Assembly (NCBI GenBank): GCA_044357705.1
Contig: JBIKPB010000001.1
Coordinates: 1 to 33,580, forward strand
Direction: 5' to 3'
DNA: 33,580 nt
DNA from: Formosimonas sp.
GTDB lineage: Bacteria > Pseudomonadota > Gammaproteobacteria > Burkholderiales > Burkholderiaceae
This document shows positions 9,175 to 19,161 of the stretch, piece after piece. The stretch's first letter is position 1; the number at the start of each line of letters is the position of its first letter. The translations under genes were made by a program, and so were the position numbers. A model generated the notes under the pieces. The model made no database searches. It was not told the DNA's origin and saw only the letters and a program-made list of their open reading frames with translations.

Positions 9175-9352
9175 GTTTTAATGTGTTAATTAAAAATGAC
9201 AAAAATACCATTTATATTTGAAATTTTTGATTGTAAATTGAACATTTAAAAATTAAACCCGTTGAAGATATATTTAATTATCATAAAATCAATTGAATTT
9301 TAAGAGTGCTACTGCCAAACCATCCAATCTTTTCATCAAAAATATTAACTTG

Positions 9353-9392
9353 CAATAAAAAATCGGCTCCCGAAAGAGCCGATTTTTTATTG
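9353..9392. terminator. Bidirectional intrinsic terminator downstream of secA
   Basis: CAATAAAAAATCGGCTC-CCGAAA-GAGCCGATTTTTTATTG perfect 17-bp inverted repeat. Confidence 0.85.
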
Positions 9393-9408
9393 ATAACGAT
9401 TAGGTCAG

Positions 9409-12183
9409 TTAAGCCAAACGCCCATGGCACTGTTTGTATTTTTTACCCGATCCACACGGGCATGGATCGTTACGCCCAACGCGCGGCACATCGGACTCCA
9501 ACTCACCAAATGCTTGCGCCAAGAATTGCTGTTGAATCGCTTCTGACTCTCGCTCATCAACCGCGGCAGAGCTCATGTCATCATGCTGAAAACTCATGCG
9601 TGACAACTTGGCCTCTTCATTATCCAAAATATGTTGCTGGGCTTCTTCAACCTGCTCTTGCGCCTGCACTTGCACACTCATCAAAACCCCAGAAACGCTC
9701 GACTTGATGCGATCCAGCATAATAGCGAATAAATCAAAGGCCTCGCGCTTGTACTCTTGCTTCGGATTTTTTTGCCCGTAGCTGCGCAAATGAATACCTT
9801 GACGCAAGTGATCCAATGCACCCAAATGATCGCGCCACTGATGGTCCATCGTTTGCAACATCAATACTCGTTCAAAATTGTTGAACGCTTCTTCGCCTAC
9901 AGCGTCGATTTTCGCTTGATAAGTCTCGGCCGCGATTTTTTGAATATAAGTGGTCAAATCCTCGGCACTGGCCGTTTTATGCTCTTTCATCCATGCAACA
10001 ACTGGGACATCCAACGCCCACTCTGATTTGAGATACAGCTCCAAGCCATCCAAATCCCACTGCTCTTCCGCACTGTGTTCTGGAATATGCAACGCAACGG
10101 TTTCCGCCAACACATCATCACGCATACCAGCAACGGTTTCAGAAACATGACCAGCTTCGAGCAAATCGTTGCGCTGTGCGTAAATCACGCGGCGTTGATC
10201 ATTGGCAACGTCATCGTATTCGAGCAATTGCTTGCGTGTATCAAAGTTACGGCCTTCGACCTTGCGTTGCGCCGACTCGATCGAACGCGACACCATACCG
10301 GACTCAATCGCTTCACCTTGCGGAATCTTTAACCGATCCATCATGTTTTTCAAACGCTCACCGGCAAAAATACGCAGCAACGAATCGTCCATTGACAGAT
10401 AAAAACGCGATGAACCGGGGTCACCTTGACGACCCGCACGACCGCGCAGCTGATTGTCGATGCGGCGTGATTCGTGACGCTCGGTACCAACGATGTGTAA
10501 ACCGCCGGCGGCCAAAACCTGCTCGTGCAAACTTGGCCATTCATCTTTGAGTTTTTGGATCGCTTGCGCTTTCTGTGCGTCGTCTAAATCTTCACGCAAA
10601 TTAATAAAGGACGATTGAATTTCGACATTACCACCGAGCACAATATCCGTACCGCGACCAGCCATATTGGTTGCAATCGTGACCATACCGGGACGACCGG
10701 CTTGTGCCACGATGTTCGCTTCGCGTTCGTGCTGTTTGGCATTCAATAAACTGTGCTCAATGCCTTGGCGCTTGAGTAAATCCGATAACAATTCCGACAT
10801 TTCGATCGAAGCGGTACCGACTAAAACCGGCTGGCCGCGCTCAACACAATCTTTAATGTCATCAATGACCGCTTGGTGTTTTTCTTCCGCGGAACGATAG
10901 ATCAAATCTTGTTTATCAATACGGGCGATCTTGCGATGGGTTGGGATTACCACGGTTTCCAAACCGTAAATTTGCTGAAACTCATACGCTTCGGTATCCG
11001 CCGTACCGGTCATACCGGCGAGCTTTTCGTACATACGGAAATAGTTTTGGAACGTGATTGACGCAAGTGTGACTGACTCGGATTGAATCTCGACCCCTTC
11101 TTTTGCCTCGACCGCTTGGTGCAAGCCTTCCGACCAGCGACGACCACTCATCAAGCGACCGGTAAACTCATCGACAATCACCACTTCGCCGTCTTGCACG
11201 ACGTATTCTTTGTCTTTGGTATAGAGATAATACGCGCGCATGGCAGCGAACAAATAATGCACCAACGTGATGTGTTGTGCATCATACAAATTTGCGCCTT
11301 CGGCCAACAAACCCATTTGCGTCAAAATGCCTTCTACTCTTTCGTGACCGGCTTCAGATAAGTGAATTTGACGCGATTTTTCGTCGATATAATAATCGCC
11401 TTCCGGCTCGGGCTCATCGACCTTAGGCTCGCTCAACTGTGGGGTCAACATCGCGGGGACTTGATTGAGCTGGAGATACAGTTGCGTATTGTCATCAGCC
11501 GTACCCGAAATAATCAATGGCGTGCGCGCTTCGTCAATCAAAATCGAGTCGACCTCGTCGACAATCGCGTAATGCAACGGGCGTTGCACGCGCTCTTCAA
11601 CCTGATAAACCAAGTTATCACGCAGGTAATCGAAACCAAATTCGTTGTTGGTACCGTAAGTGATGTCGGCTTGGTAAGCGGCAATTTTATCCGCGCGCTC
11701 CATTTGCGACAAATTGATACCGACCGACAAGCCAAGGAAGTGATACAAGCGTCCCATCCACTCTGCATCGCGACGCGCCAAGTAATCATTGACCGTGACG
11801 ACGTGAACGCCTTTGCCAGTAATCGCGTTGAGGTAAACGGCAAGCGTGCCCATCAAGGTTTTACCTTCACCGGTACGCATCTCAGCGATTTTACCTTCGT
11901 GCAATACCATACCGCCGATCATTTGAACATCGAAGTGGCGCATTCCCAAGATACGCTTCGACGCTTCGCGCACAACTGAAAACGCCTCGACTTGCAACTC
12001 GTTCAACGAAGTGCCGGTTTGATACTTTTCTTTAAACTCAAGCGTCTTACCGCGTAACTCGTCATCACTTAACACGGCGAATTTTTCCTCAAACGAGCCG
12101 ATTTGCTTGACGGTCTTGCGATAATCTTTGAGCAAACGCTCATTACGCGAACCAAAAATTTTCTGAAAAAATCCGCTTGCCAT
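9409..12183 (-). CDS. secA: Preprotein translocase ATPase SecA
   Basis: [53 protein letters not shown]-terminal [19 protein letters not shown] zinc finger. Confidence 0.99.
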   Translation of the reverse strand: MASGFFQKIFGSRNERLLKDYRKTVKQIGSFEEKFAVLSDDELRGKTLEFKEKYQTGTSLNELQVEAFSVVREASKRILGMRHFDVQMIGGMVLHEGKIAEMRTGEGKTLMGTLAVYLNAITGKGVHVVTVNDYLARRDAEWMGRLYHFLGLSVGINLSQMERADKIAAYQADITYGTNNEFGFDYLRDNLVYQVEERVQRPLHYAIVDEVDSILIDEARTPLIISGTADDNTQLYLQLNQVPAMLTPQLSEPKVDEPEPEGDYYIDEKSRQIHLSEAGHERVEGILTQMGLLAEGANLYDAQHITLVHYLFAAMRAYYLYTKDKEYVVQDGEVVIVDEFTGRLMSGRRWSEGLHQAVEAKEGVEIQSESVTLASITFQNYFRMYEKLAGMTGTADTEAYEFQQIYGLETVVIPTHRKIARIDKQDLIYRSAEEKHQAVIDDIKDCVERGQPVLVGTASIEMSELLSDLLKRQGIEHSLLNAKQHEREANIVAQAGRPGMVTIATNMAGRGTDIVLGGNVEIQSSFINLREDLDDAQKAQAIQKLKDEWPSLHEQVLAAGGLHIVGTERHESRRIDNQLRGRAGRQGDPGSSRFYLSMDDSLLRIFAGERLKNMMDRLKIPQGEAIESGMVSRSIESAQRKVEGRNFDTRKQLLEYDDVANDQRRVIYAQRNDLLEAGHVSETVAGMRDDVLAETVALHIPEHSAEEQWDLDGLELYLKSEWALDVPVVAWMKEHKTASAEDLTTYIQKIAAETYQAKIDAVGEEAFNNFERVLMLQTMDHQWRDHLGALDHLRQGIHLRSYGQKNPKQEYKREAFDLFAIMLDRIKSSVSGVLMSVQVQAQEQVEEAQQHILDNEEAKLSRMSFQHDDMSSAAVDERESEAIQQQFLAQAFGELESDVPRVGRNDPCPCGSGKKYKQCHGRLA

Positions 12184-12297
12184 AATGGTATTATCCTAAT
12201 ATTAATCAACGTTGCCCACGCAAACCCACGCGCGCAAAAACGTTCCATTTTATCACGCCCCGCTGCCTATGGGCATAAAACCTGCTGCATATCCACC

Positions 12298-12783
12298 ATG
12301 TCGAAAAGCCCACCGCCCCAACTCAAGCCGAAAGGTTTATGGTTAATCCAAGACACTTGGCAAGCCAGCCCGCATTTGGCCGATAATATGCCACGCCTTG
12401 CGGTCAATGCCCGCCTGAACATCGCACTCAAAGCCTTAATGCCCGACACGCTCAGAACCGGCTGGAGCGCGTACTTGAGTGAGCGCACACTCACCCTTAA
12501 AGTTCCGCACAATGCATTGGCAATGAAAATCAAACAAATCGCACCGATGCTGGTTGATGGGCTCAAAATGACCGGCTGGAACATTCACCATCTCGAGGTC
12601 AAAGTCAGCCATTTCAACCATCCGGTTTGGCTGACGACGAAAAAAAAGACCACTCCGACCTTCACGGCAAGGGTTTTATCGTCTACCAGCAGCACGCATA
12701 TTCACAACACGATGACACATTTACCCGAAGACTCGCCACTGCGCATCGCTCTAGCAAAAATAATTGCCGAACATCAAAGTTAA
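12298..12783 (+). CDS. dciA: DciA / DUF721-family protein (replicative helicase loader-like)
   Basis: Divergent from secA, a usual betaproteobacterial position; LTLKVPHNALAMKIKQIAPML..L...GW.I..LEVKV core and DSPLR.AL tail. ATG at 12298 chosen because the longer ORF overlaps secA. Confidence 0.72.
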   Translation: MSKSPPPQLKPKGLWLIQDTWQASPHLADNMPRLAVNARLNIALKALMPDTLRTGWSAYLSERTLTLKVPHNALAMKIKQIAPMLVDGLKMTGWNIHHLEVKVSHFNHPVWLTTKKKTTPTFTARVLSSTSSTHIHNTMTHLPEDSPLRIALAKIIAEHQS

Positions 12784-12788
12784 CAACA

Positions 12789-12822
12789 AATAAAAAACCC
12801 ACGATTATGTGGGTTTTTTATT
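12789..12822. terminator. Bidirectional terminator between dciA and pyk
   Basis: AATAAAAAACCCAC-GATTAT-GTGGGTTTTTTATT. Confidence 0.85.
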
Positions 12823-12844
12823 AAATTCAATTAAAGGCTCATAA

Positions 12845-14269
12845 TTATGCACCGATTTTGCGAATCTGCATCGTATCCGAGCCACCGATCTGACCCATAT
12901 TCGAACCAGACGTGACTACGATCAAGTCACCCATTTTAATCGCGCCCGATTTCATCAACAAAGACTCAATAATCGCACTCATGTTTTCACGTGTCAAAGT
13001 GATGTCTGGCATCGGCACAACATTGATTTCACGATACAAACTCAATCGACGCAGTGTTTGAATGTTACGGCTGATCGCATAAATCGGAACACCGCAATTG
13101 AAACGCGACATCCACAGCGCCGTCGAACCCGATTCGGTCAAGACCACAATCGCATTGGCATTGAAGTGATACGCGGTAAAAATCGCCGCCATCGCCACAG
13201 ACTGGTCGATGCGACCAAAGGTTTTGTTCATCATTTGCTCATCCAGAGTGACTGGATTGAACAATGCTGCCTCTTCACAAACTTGCGCCATCATCCGCAC
13301 CGCTTCGACCGGAAATGCGCCTGATGCGGTCTCCGCCGAGAGCATCACCGCATCGGTACCATCCAGCACCGCATTGGCGACGTCCGACACCTCTGCACGC
13401 GTCGGCACGTGGCTTGTGATCATCGACTCCATCATTTGCGTGGCAGTGATCGACAATTTATTTTTTTCGCGCGCCAAACGAATCATGCGTTTTTGCAATG
13501 CCGGCACTTTCGCATCGCCGACTTCAACCGCTAAATCGCCACGCGCAACCATGATGCCGTCGGATGCGTCGAGGATTTCTTCGAGGTTAGGAATCGCTTC
13601 AGCGCGCTCGATTTTGGCGATCAACATTGCATTGGTGCCACCGGCGTTGCGCATCAATTCACGCGCCATGTACATATCGGCCGCACTTTTTGGAAACGAA
13701 ATCGCCAAGTAATCGGCTTGGAACTGCGCTGCAGTAATCAAATCGGCCATGTCTTTAGTCGTCAACGCCGCTGCCGATAAACCGCCACCGAGCTTATTAA
13801 TACCCTTACGGTTCGACAACACGCCTCCTTGCTCGACGATACAACGCAGACTCGTTTCGGTTTTATTCAGCACACGCATGCGGATTTTGCCATCGTCAAG
13901 CAATAAAATATCACCAGCAACTACATCTTTAACCAATGCCGGATAATCCAAACCAACACGCAATTCGTTGCCCGGTGTTGCAGCATCGGTATCAAACGTG
14001 AATTCAGAACCGTTCGGCAGTAAAACGCTTTTGTTTTCAAACATCGCGATGCGGATTTTCGGACCTTGCAAATCCGCCAATACGCCAATATGGACACCTA
14101 AATCGAGGGCAATTCGGCGCACCGACTCCACGCGATCAATGTGATCTTGCGCGGTACCGTGCGAAAAATTGATGCGCACAACATTCACACCCGCTTGAAT
14201 CATGTCACGCAACGTATTTTCATCCGATGATGCGGGGCCTAAAGTGGCAACGATTTTAGTGTCTCTCAT
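12845..14269 (-). CDS. pyk: Pyruvate kinase (PykA/type II-like)
   Basis: TKIVATLGPAS, RINFSHG, DLQGPKIR, IAKIER, DGIMVARGDL, ATQMMESM, DGTDAVMLSAETA. Confidence 0.97.
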   Translation of the reverse strand: MRDTKIVATLGPASSDENTLRDMIQAGVNVVRINFSHGTAQDHIDRVESVRRIALDLGVHIGVLADLQGPKIRIAMFENKSVLLPNGSEFTFDTDAATPGNELRVGLDYPALVKDVVAGDILLLDDGKIRMRVLNKTETSLRCIVEQGGVLSNRKGINKLGGGLSAAALTTKDMADLITAAQFQADYLAISFPKSAADMYMARELMRNAGGTNAMLIAKIERAEAIPNLEEILDASDGIMVARGDLAVEVGDAKVPALQKRMIRLAREKNKLSITATQMMESMITSHVPTRAEVSDVANAVLDGTDAVMLSAETASGAFPVEAVRMMAQVCEEAALFNPVTLDEQMMNKTFGRIDQSVAMAAIFTAYHFNANAIVVLTESGSTALWMSRFNCGVPIYAISRNIQTLRRLSLYREINVVPMPDITLTRENMSAIIESLLMKSGAIKMGDLIVVTSGSNMGQIGGSDTMQIRKIGA

Positions 14270-14399
14270 AACTCTCTTCTCTATTTAGTTTTATTCGGCG
14301 CGCCGGTTTTGAGTCCAACTGGCGGTGCGTTAGGATGCACTTTTTCCATCTGAAAATCAAGTGACTTTGTTAAAAAATTACCTAACCAAACATCTTTTT

Positions 14400-14414
14400 T
14401 GTTGTTTTATTACA
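14400..14414 (-). promoter_or_regulatory. Candidate HexR-type operator upstream of pyk
   Basis: Minus strand TGTAATAAAACAACA is an imperfect palindrome close to the HexR consensus TGTAAT-WWW-ATTACA as I recall it. Confidence 0.45.
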
Positions 14415-14495
14415 GATTTTACTTGTGCAATCCAACCGCGTCGCTGAGCGCAAGCCCATATATAATGACAGCATTCTCAAGAGCAACGACCTTCT

Positions 14496-15377
14496 ATGCC
14501 GACATTCAATCAAGCCGTACTTCAAGCCGAACAAACTTTACTTCAAGCCGATTTATTTTACGGTCATGGCATGCTCAACGCCTATGACGAAGCGGTTTAT
14601 GCGGCGCAATTTTGCTTGCCGACCGATGACGAAATCAGTTGGCAGGCCGACTATCCCGTCGCCGCACAAAAGCACTTGGATGAACTGATTTTTGAGCGTT
14701 GCGCCACACACAAACCGATGGCGTATTTGACCCACGAAGCATTTTTGCATGGCTTTCAATTCTATGTTGATGAGCGTGTCATCGTACCGCGCAGCTTTAT
14801 TGCCGAATTGATTTTGGACGAATTTGCGCCGTGGGTTTACGCGGAGCGTGTAACTGACATTTTGGAGTTGTGCACCGGCTCCGGCTGCTTGGCGATGATG
14901 GCCGCCCATATTTTTACCCAGGCGAGTGTCGATGCAGTAGATATTGACCCCGATGCTTTAGCCGTCGCGCACATCAATGACGAACGCTATGGCGAGCGGT
15001 ACGAAACGCGCGGACGCATCAATTGGATCGAAAGTGACTTGTACGCCAATGTCAAGCCCGACAAACAGTACGACATCATTTTCAGCAACCCGCCTTATGT
15101 CAATAGCACCAGCATGGATCAACTGCCCGCCGAATATTTAGCCGAACCGCAAATCGCTTTGGCTGGTGGCGATGATGGCATGGATTTGGTACGCTTAATC
15201 GTGCAAGGTGCTGCACATCGCTTGAAACCAAAAGGCATCTTGGTGGTAGAGATCGGCAACGAATACGAATACGCAGTCAAAGCATTTAAAAAATTACCAT
15301 TGGTTTGGCTGGATACCAGCGGTTCTGAAAATGCAGTATTTTTATTGACGCATGATGATTTGATCGCGCATTATTGA
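14496..15377 (+). CDS. prmB: 50S ribosomal protein L3 N5-glutamine methyltransferase
   Basis: YGHG..NAYDEA, FYVDERVIVPRSFIAELI, ELCTGSGCLA, SNPPYV, ALAGGDDGMD; TATAAT at 14461-14466 upstream. Confidence 0.95.
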   Translation: MPTFNQAVLQAEQTLLQADLFYGHGMLNAYDEAVYAAQFCLPTDDEISWQADYPVAAQKHLDELIFERCATHKPMAYLTHEAFLHGFQFYVDERVIVPRSFIAELILDEFAPWVYAERVTDILELCTGSGCLAMMAAHIFTQASVDAVDIDPDALAVAHINDERYGERYETRGRINWIESDLYANVKPDKQYDIIFSNPPYVNSTSMDQLPAEYLAEPQIALAGGDDGMDLVRLIVQGAAHRLKPKGILVVEIGNEYEYAVKAFKKLPLVWLDTSGSENAVFLLTHDDLIAHY

Positions 15378-15389
15378 ATGCTCTGATAA

Positions 15390-15432
15390 AATAAAAAACC
15401 GATGCACAGATTCAGTGCATCGGTTTTTTATT
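15390..15432. terminator. Bidirectional terminator between prmB and ntrX
   Basis: AATAAAAAACCGATGCAC-AGATTCA-GTGCATCGGTTTTTTATT. Confidence 0.85.
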
Positions 15433-15442
15433 GTACTTGATT

Positions 15443-16162
15443 TTATTTTTTACTCGGCTTACTGATCGAAATACTGAGCTGCTTCAGTTTGCGATACAAA
15501 TGCGTGCGCTCCAAACCGGTTTTTTCAGCGACACGCGTAATGTTCGCGGACTCTTGCTGCAAATGATATTCAAAATAAATTCGCTCAAACTCATCACGTG
15601 CATCGCGCAACGACAACTCCAAATCAAGTTGTGACAAGTCTTGTGCAAAACTCGACAACGTTCTCGTTTCGCTAACCGCAGCCTCAATCACCTGTACGCT
15701 TCCCTTAACGGTAACCGGTGCAGTTTCAACGGGTGCATCGACTTTAGTCGCGCTCGGCATGCTCATGCGATTGACGACATCCTTGATGTTGGGTGGTGCC
15801 GACTTAAGTAAACCGTGTTTGACGGTGTGAAGTAATTTTTGCAAGGTGATCGGTTTTTCAAGAAAATCCAATGCGCCGATACGGGTCGCTTCTACTGCGG
15901 TATCGATACTCGCATGACCGCTCATCATGACCACTGGCATGGTCAATTGACCGTTCAACGCCCACTCTTTAAGTAGTGTCACACCATCGGTATCAGGCAT
16001 CCAGATGTCCAGCAGCACTAAATCGGGACGCCCATTGTTGCGCGCATTACGCGCCTGTTCGGCATTTTCGGCAAGCATCACGACATGACCTTCGTCGTAT
16101 AAAATTTCTGAGAGCAATTCGCGAATGCCCATTTCGTCATCAACGACCAGAATATTTGCCAT
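15443..16162 (-). CDS. ntrX: Betaproteobacterial NtrX-type response regulator (REC + Fis-type HTH, no AAA+ domain; EsaR/PlrR-like)
   Basis: ILVVDDE.GIRELLSEIL, LLDIWMPDTDG, MMSGHA; C-terminal LRDARDEFER.YF...VAEKTGLERTHLYRKLKQL; only 239 aa. Confidence 0.88.
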   Translation of the reverse strand: MANILVVDDEMGIRELLSEILYDEGHVVMLAENAEQARNARNNGRPDLVLLDIWMPDTDGVTLLKEWALNGQLTMPVVMMSGHASIDTAVEATRIGALDFLEKPITLQKLLHTVKHGLLKSAPPNIKDVVNRMSMPSATKVDAPVETAPVTVKGSVQVIEAAVSETRTLSSFAQDLSQLDLELSLRDARDEFERIYFEYHLQQESANITRVAEKTGLERTHLYRKLKQLSISISKPSKK

Positions 16163-16180
16163 AGTGTCCCACCTGTATTG

Positions 16181-18445
16181 TTAGAGCAAACCCTGTGCGC
16201 TCGCGGTATTGTTTTGTGCAACGTTTAAAAACAGTATATCAATTTGCGCACCTAAAATCTCGCTTTGTGCCGTGTTTTCTGTATCGGGTACAAAATAATT
16301 TTTGACACTGATTTTACCATGATGCGCGTCGATGATTTTTTTGACGACAGGTAAGCCCAATCCCGTACCGCTATTTTTACTCGTATTATAGGGCTCAAAC
16401 ATGCGCGCCAAAACTTTCGGCGCAAAACCCGTACCATTGTCTTTGAGCGTAAAGTTCACCGCTTGCGACGGAATCAAACCATCACTGTGCAAGTTGCACA
16501 ACTGCGTTTGCAATGTAATGATCGGTAAAAATCCTTCGGGTGCCGCTTCGAGCGCATTTTTAATCAGGTTATGCAGCACTTGGCGTAACTGCTGTGCGTC
16601 GGCCAAAATATTCGGAATCTGCCGATCGAACTGCGTAACGATATTGTATTTTGAGCCTTGACCACTTTCGTACAACACCAAAACCTCATCAATCAAGGCG
16701 TTTAAATTCACCGGTGCAAAGGCCACTTCGGGCGCGCGCGCATAGTCGCGAAACTCGTTAACCATATTCTGCAACGCTTGCACTTGATTGACAATCGTAC
16801 GTGTGCTGCGCTCCAATAAACTCTGATCGTTTTCATCAAGCTTATCAAACAATTTCATGTTTAAACGCTCCGCTGAGAGTTGAATCGGCGTCAGCGGATT
16901 TTTGATTTCGTGCGCCAAGCGACGTGCCACTTCGCCCCACGCTAAAGTGCGCTGCGCTGAAATAATCGTCGAAATATCATCGCATACCAAAACATAACTG
17001 TCATGCCCATCTTCGGCGATAAACCGCGTGCCTTGAATCGACACGGTCAAGTCATCGGTGTGTTCGGCTGCATTGAACGTGATGTTTTGCTGAATGCGCC
17101 ACGGCTGTGCACTTGGGCGGGATATCGCATCATAAATCGACTCATACAATGTAGCGAACGGCTCGATGTCGCGCATGTGTTGCCCAATACACGGCGCGAG
17201 ATTGGTCTGAAACATGCGATTGGCATAGGCGTTGTACGACTCCAACGTCAAATCGTGATCAAATACCAAAACACCCGCTGAAAGATTTTGCAAAATTGCT
17301 TCCGAATATGCCTTGGCCGCCTCGAGCTCTTTTTGATTGGCGTGCAATGATGCTTGCGTGACATTCAATTGCTGCGCCATGTCACCGAAGGAATCAACCA
17401 ATTGAATCAATTCGTCGGAGCCTTTGACGCGTTGCGGCACCAATGCGTAATGACCTGTCGCAACCATACGCGTTGCTTCAGCCAACCATAAAATCGGCTG
17501 AATCATTCGATTAGCGATTAAAAACGCTGCAGCTAAAGCGGCGAGCGACGTGACCAATAACACAATCGCCAGCGTGACACGATAAAGATTTTTAAGACTC
17601 ACACGGGAGGATTCGGTTGCCTGATAATCGCGCAAACCAGTTTGAATCGCGCCGACTTTTTGTGTAAAGTCGGCCGGCATCAAACGCAACGCGTATACAT
17701 AAGCCACATCATTCAAGCCACCAATGGATTTAACAGCATGAATTTTGGGCGTTGCCATCGCATTGATCACACTGGGGCTTTCACTATCGTCCAGCGCATC
17801 GGACTCGTCCTCAACCATACTCCAGCCTTGGGTTGCATCGTGCAACACTTCCGGAGTAAACAAGGGTAAATCGTGCACCATTGCGTCGAGATTGTATTGC
17901 CACAAGACTTTACCGGTCGAATCAAGTGCAGCGATGGTTTGCCAATGGTAATCATTGAGCCATATCTGAGCTTCTCGCTCAGTTACGTTGGCGAATATTT
18001 TAGGATCGCGCTCGGTCAAACGTGCCAATTGATCGGTGGTTTGCTCATTAGCGCGCGCCAAACCCTCACGGCCGAATGTGATGCCCGCTTGCAAAGCATC
18101 GTCTAATTTGAGATTGAACCACGAGTCAATCGTACGGGAAACGAAGGTGGTCGACACACCAAACAGCAATACGCTGGGCACAATGCCCAGCAACGCAAAA
18201 GACAGCGCAAAGCGCGTGAGCAGTCGTGTGCCAAATACGCGTTTGCGAAAGCGTTGCAGCAACCAATACGCCAACACAACCAGCAAACCGATCATCACGA
18301 CAATCACGGCTGCATTGAGGATCAATAAGGTGCTGTATTGGCTTTCAAACCCCGTGCTACTGCGAGTGGCCAAGGCAAGCCCGACCAACAGAGCCGCACC
18401 CAAAACCATCATGCCGATCAGGAGTGCTTTGAGGTATCTATTCAT
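16181..18445 (-). CDS. ntrY: NtrY-type sensor histidine kinase (TM, HAMP, PAS, HisKA, HATPase; EsaS/PlrS-like)
   Basis: FGTRLLTRF, SRTIDSWF, AWGEVARRLAHEIKNPLTPIQLSAERL, GTGLGL. Confidence 0.9.
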   Translation of the reverse strand: MNRYLKALLIGMMVLGAALLVGLALATRSSTGFESQYSTLLILNAAVIVVMIGLLVVLAYWLLQRFRKRVFGTRLLTRFALSFALLGIVPSVLLFGVSTTFVSRTIDSWFNLKLDDALQAGITFGREGLARANEQTTDQLARLTERDPKIFANVTEREAQIWLNDYHWQTIAALDSTGKVLWQYNLDAMVHDLPLFTPEVLHDATQGWSMVEDESDALDDSESPSVINAMATPKIHAVKSIGGLNDVAYVYALRLMPADFTQKVGAIQTGLRDYQATESSRVSLKNLYRVTLAIVLLVTSLAALAAAFLIANRMIQPILWLAEATRMVATGHYALVPQRVKGSDELIQLVDSFGDMAQQLNVTQASLHANQKELEAAKAYSEAILQNLSAGVLVFDHDLTLESYNAYANRMFQTNLAPCIGQHMRDIEPFATLYESIYDAISRPSAQPWRIQQNITFNAAEHTDDLTVSIQGTRFIAEDGHDSYVLVCDDISTIISAQRTLAWGEVARRLAHEIKNPLTPIQLSAERLNMKLFDKLDENDQSLLERSTRTIVNQVQALQNMVNEFRDYARAPEVAFAPVNLNALIDEVLVLYESGQGSKYNIVTQFDRQIPNILADAQQLRQVLHNLIKNALEAAPEGFLPIITLQTQLCNLHSDGLIPSQAVNFTLKDNGTGFAPKVLARMFEPYNTSKNSGTGLGLPVVKKIIDAHHGKISVKNYFVPDTENTAQSEILGAQIDILFLNVAQNNTASAQGLL

Positions 18446-18561
18446 GATTTAAATACAAACTTGATTGCAGCGTGGAGATTGAGCCAGCAGAAAAACACGC
18501 TCATGTAAAGAGACTTGGATAAACACGAATTCATACAGATTTCGCAACGTCCCGAAATATT

Positions 18562-19158
18562 TTAGCGTGGCGTAAAATTAAAGCGATACCACCCAGAAGC
18601 CAAACCCCAACCCTGCTGAGTGAGGGAATTAAGTTGGTAAGTTTGTGGCAATTTAGCAGTATTGAGTGTCATCCGAATACCCGCCACATATTGATCCCCT
18701 GCCGTATATTGTGAGCTGCCTAAAACACGCCACTGGCTTGGGCGGGATGCAAACAAGATCGATTCGCTCAAGCTGTTAAAGCGATACTGATCTGCACCGA
18801 CCGCCACGCGATATTGCTGGGTCAGGCTGTTGTAGGAAATGCGGTGTTCGCGACGCGCTGAAATAATGTCTTCATCTGCCCAATACCAACGCGGACGTGC
18901 CAATTCAAAATCAACCGTAAAGAAAATCGGCGTGCCGTGATTGACCGCGTCTTGCAATTGATTGGGTAAACTAAAACGAAAGTCGGCATTGACCGCATAA
19001 GCACCATCACTCAAACGCGTCATAGCGGCATATTGAGTTGAGATTGCAGCATGCGCTGGAGGCGTGAACAAAATACCGAACAAAACCACGAATGCGAAAA
19101 CCACGCACCTCGTGATTTGCGTGAATTGAAGCCATCGGATTTTCAACATGTACGTCAT
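18562..19158 (-). CDS. DUF4390-family exported protein
   Basis: Signal peptide ending AHA; L.DAV..G.P..F..DFEL.RPRWYW.D, YN.LT.QYRV; located between rsmB and ntrY. Confidence 0.85.
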   Translation of the reverse strand: MTYMLKIRWLQFTQITRCVVFAFVVLFGILFTPPAHAAISTQYAAMTRLSDGAYAVNADFRFSLPNQLQDAVNHGTPIFFTVDFELARPRWYWADEDIISARREHRISYNSLTQQYRVAVGADQYRFNSLSESILFASRPSQWRVLGSSQYTAGDQYVAGIRMTLNTAKLPQTYQLNSLTQQGWGLASGWYRFNFTPR

Positions 19159-19161
19159 TAT

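Noticed and set aside
8287-9188. TTTAATGT at the ychF 3' end and again just after the IS, as a possible att duplication
   Set aside because: Only 8 bp in AT-rich DNA, and no integrase is present.
9306-11979. Plus-strand ORFs antisense to secA (e.g. 11362-11979, 205 aa), and similar ones opposite pyk, puuC and puuA
   Set aside because: Shadow ORFs of conserved genes with no recognisable motifs or RBS.
12103-12297. 65-aa N-terminal extension of the DUF721 ORF
   Set aside because: It overlaps the secA start and the divergent promoter region; ATG 12298 gives a family-typical length.
15443-16162. NtrX lacking the AAA+ domain, as a possible truncation
   Set aside because: The short REC-HTH form is the known betaproteobacterial type.
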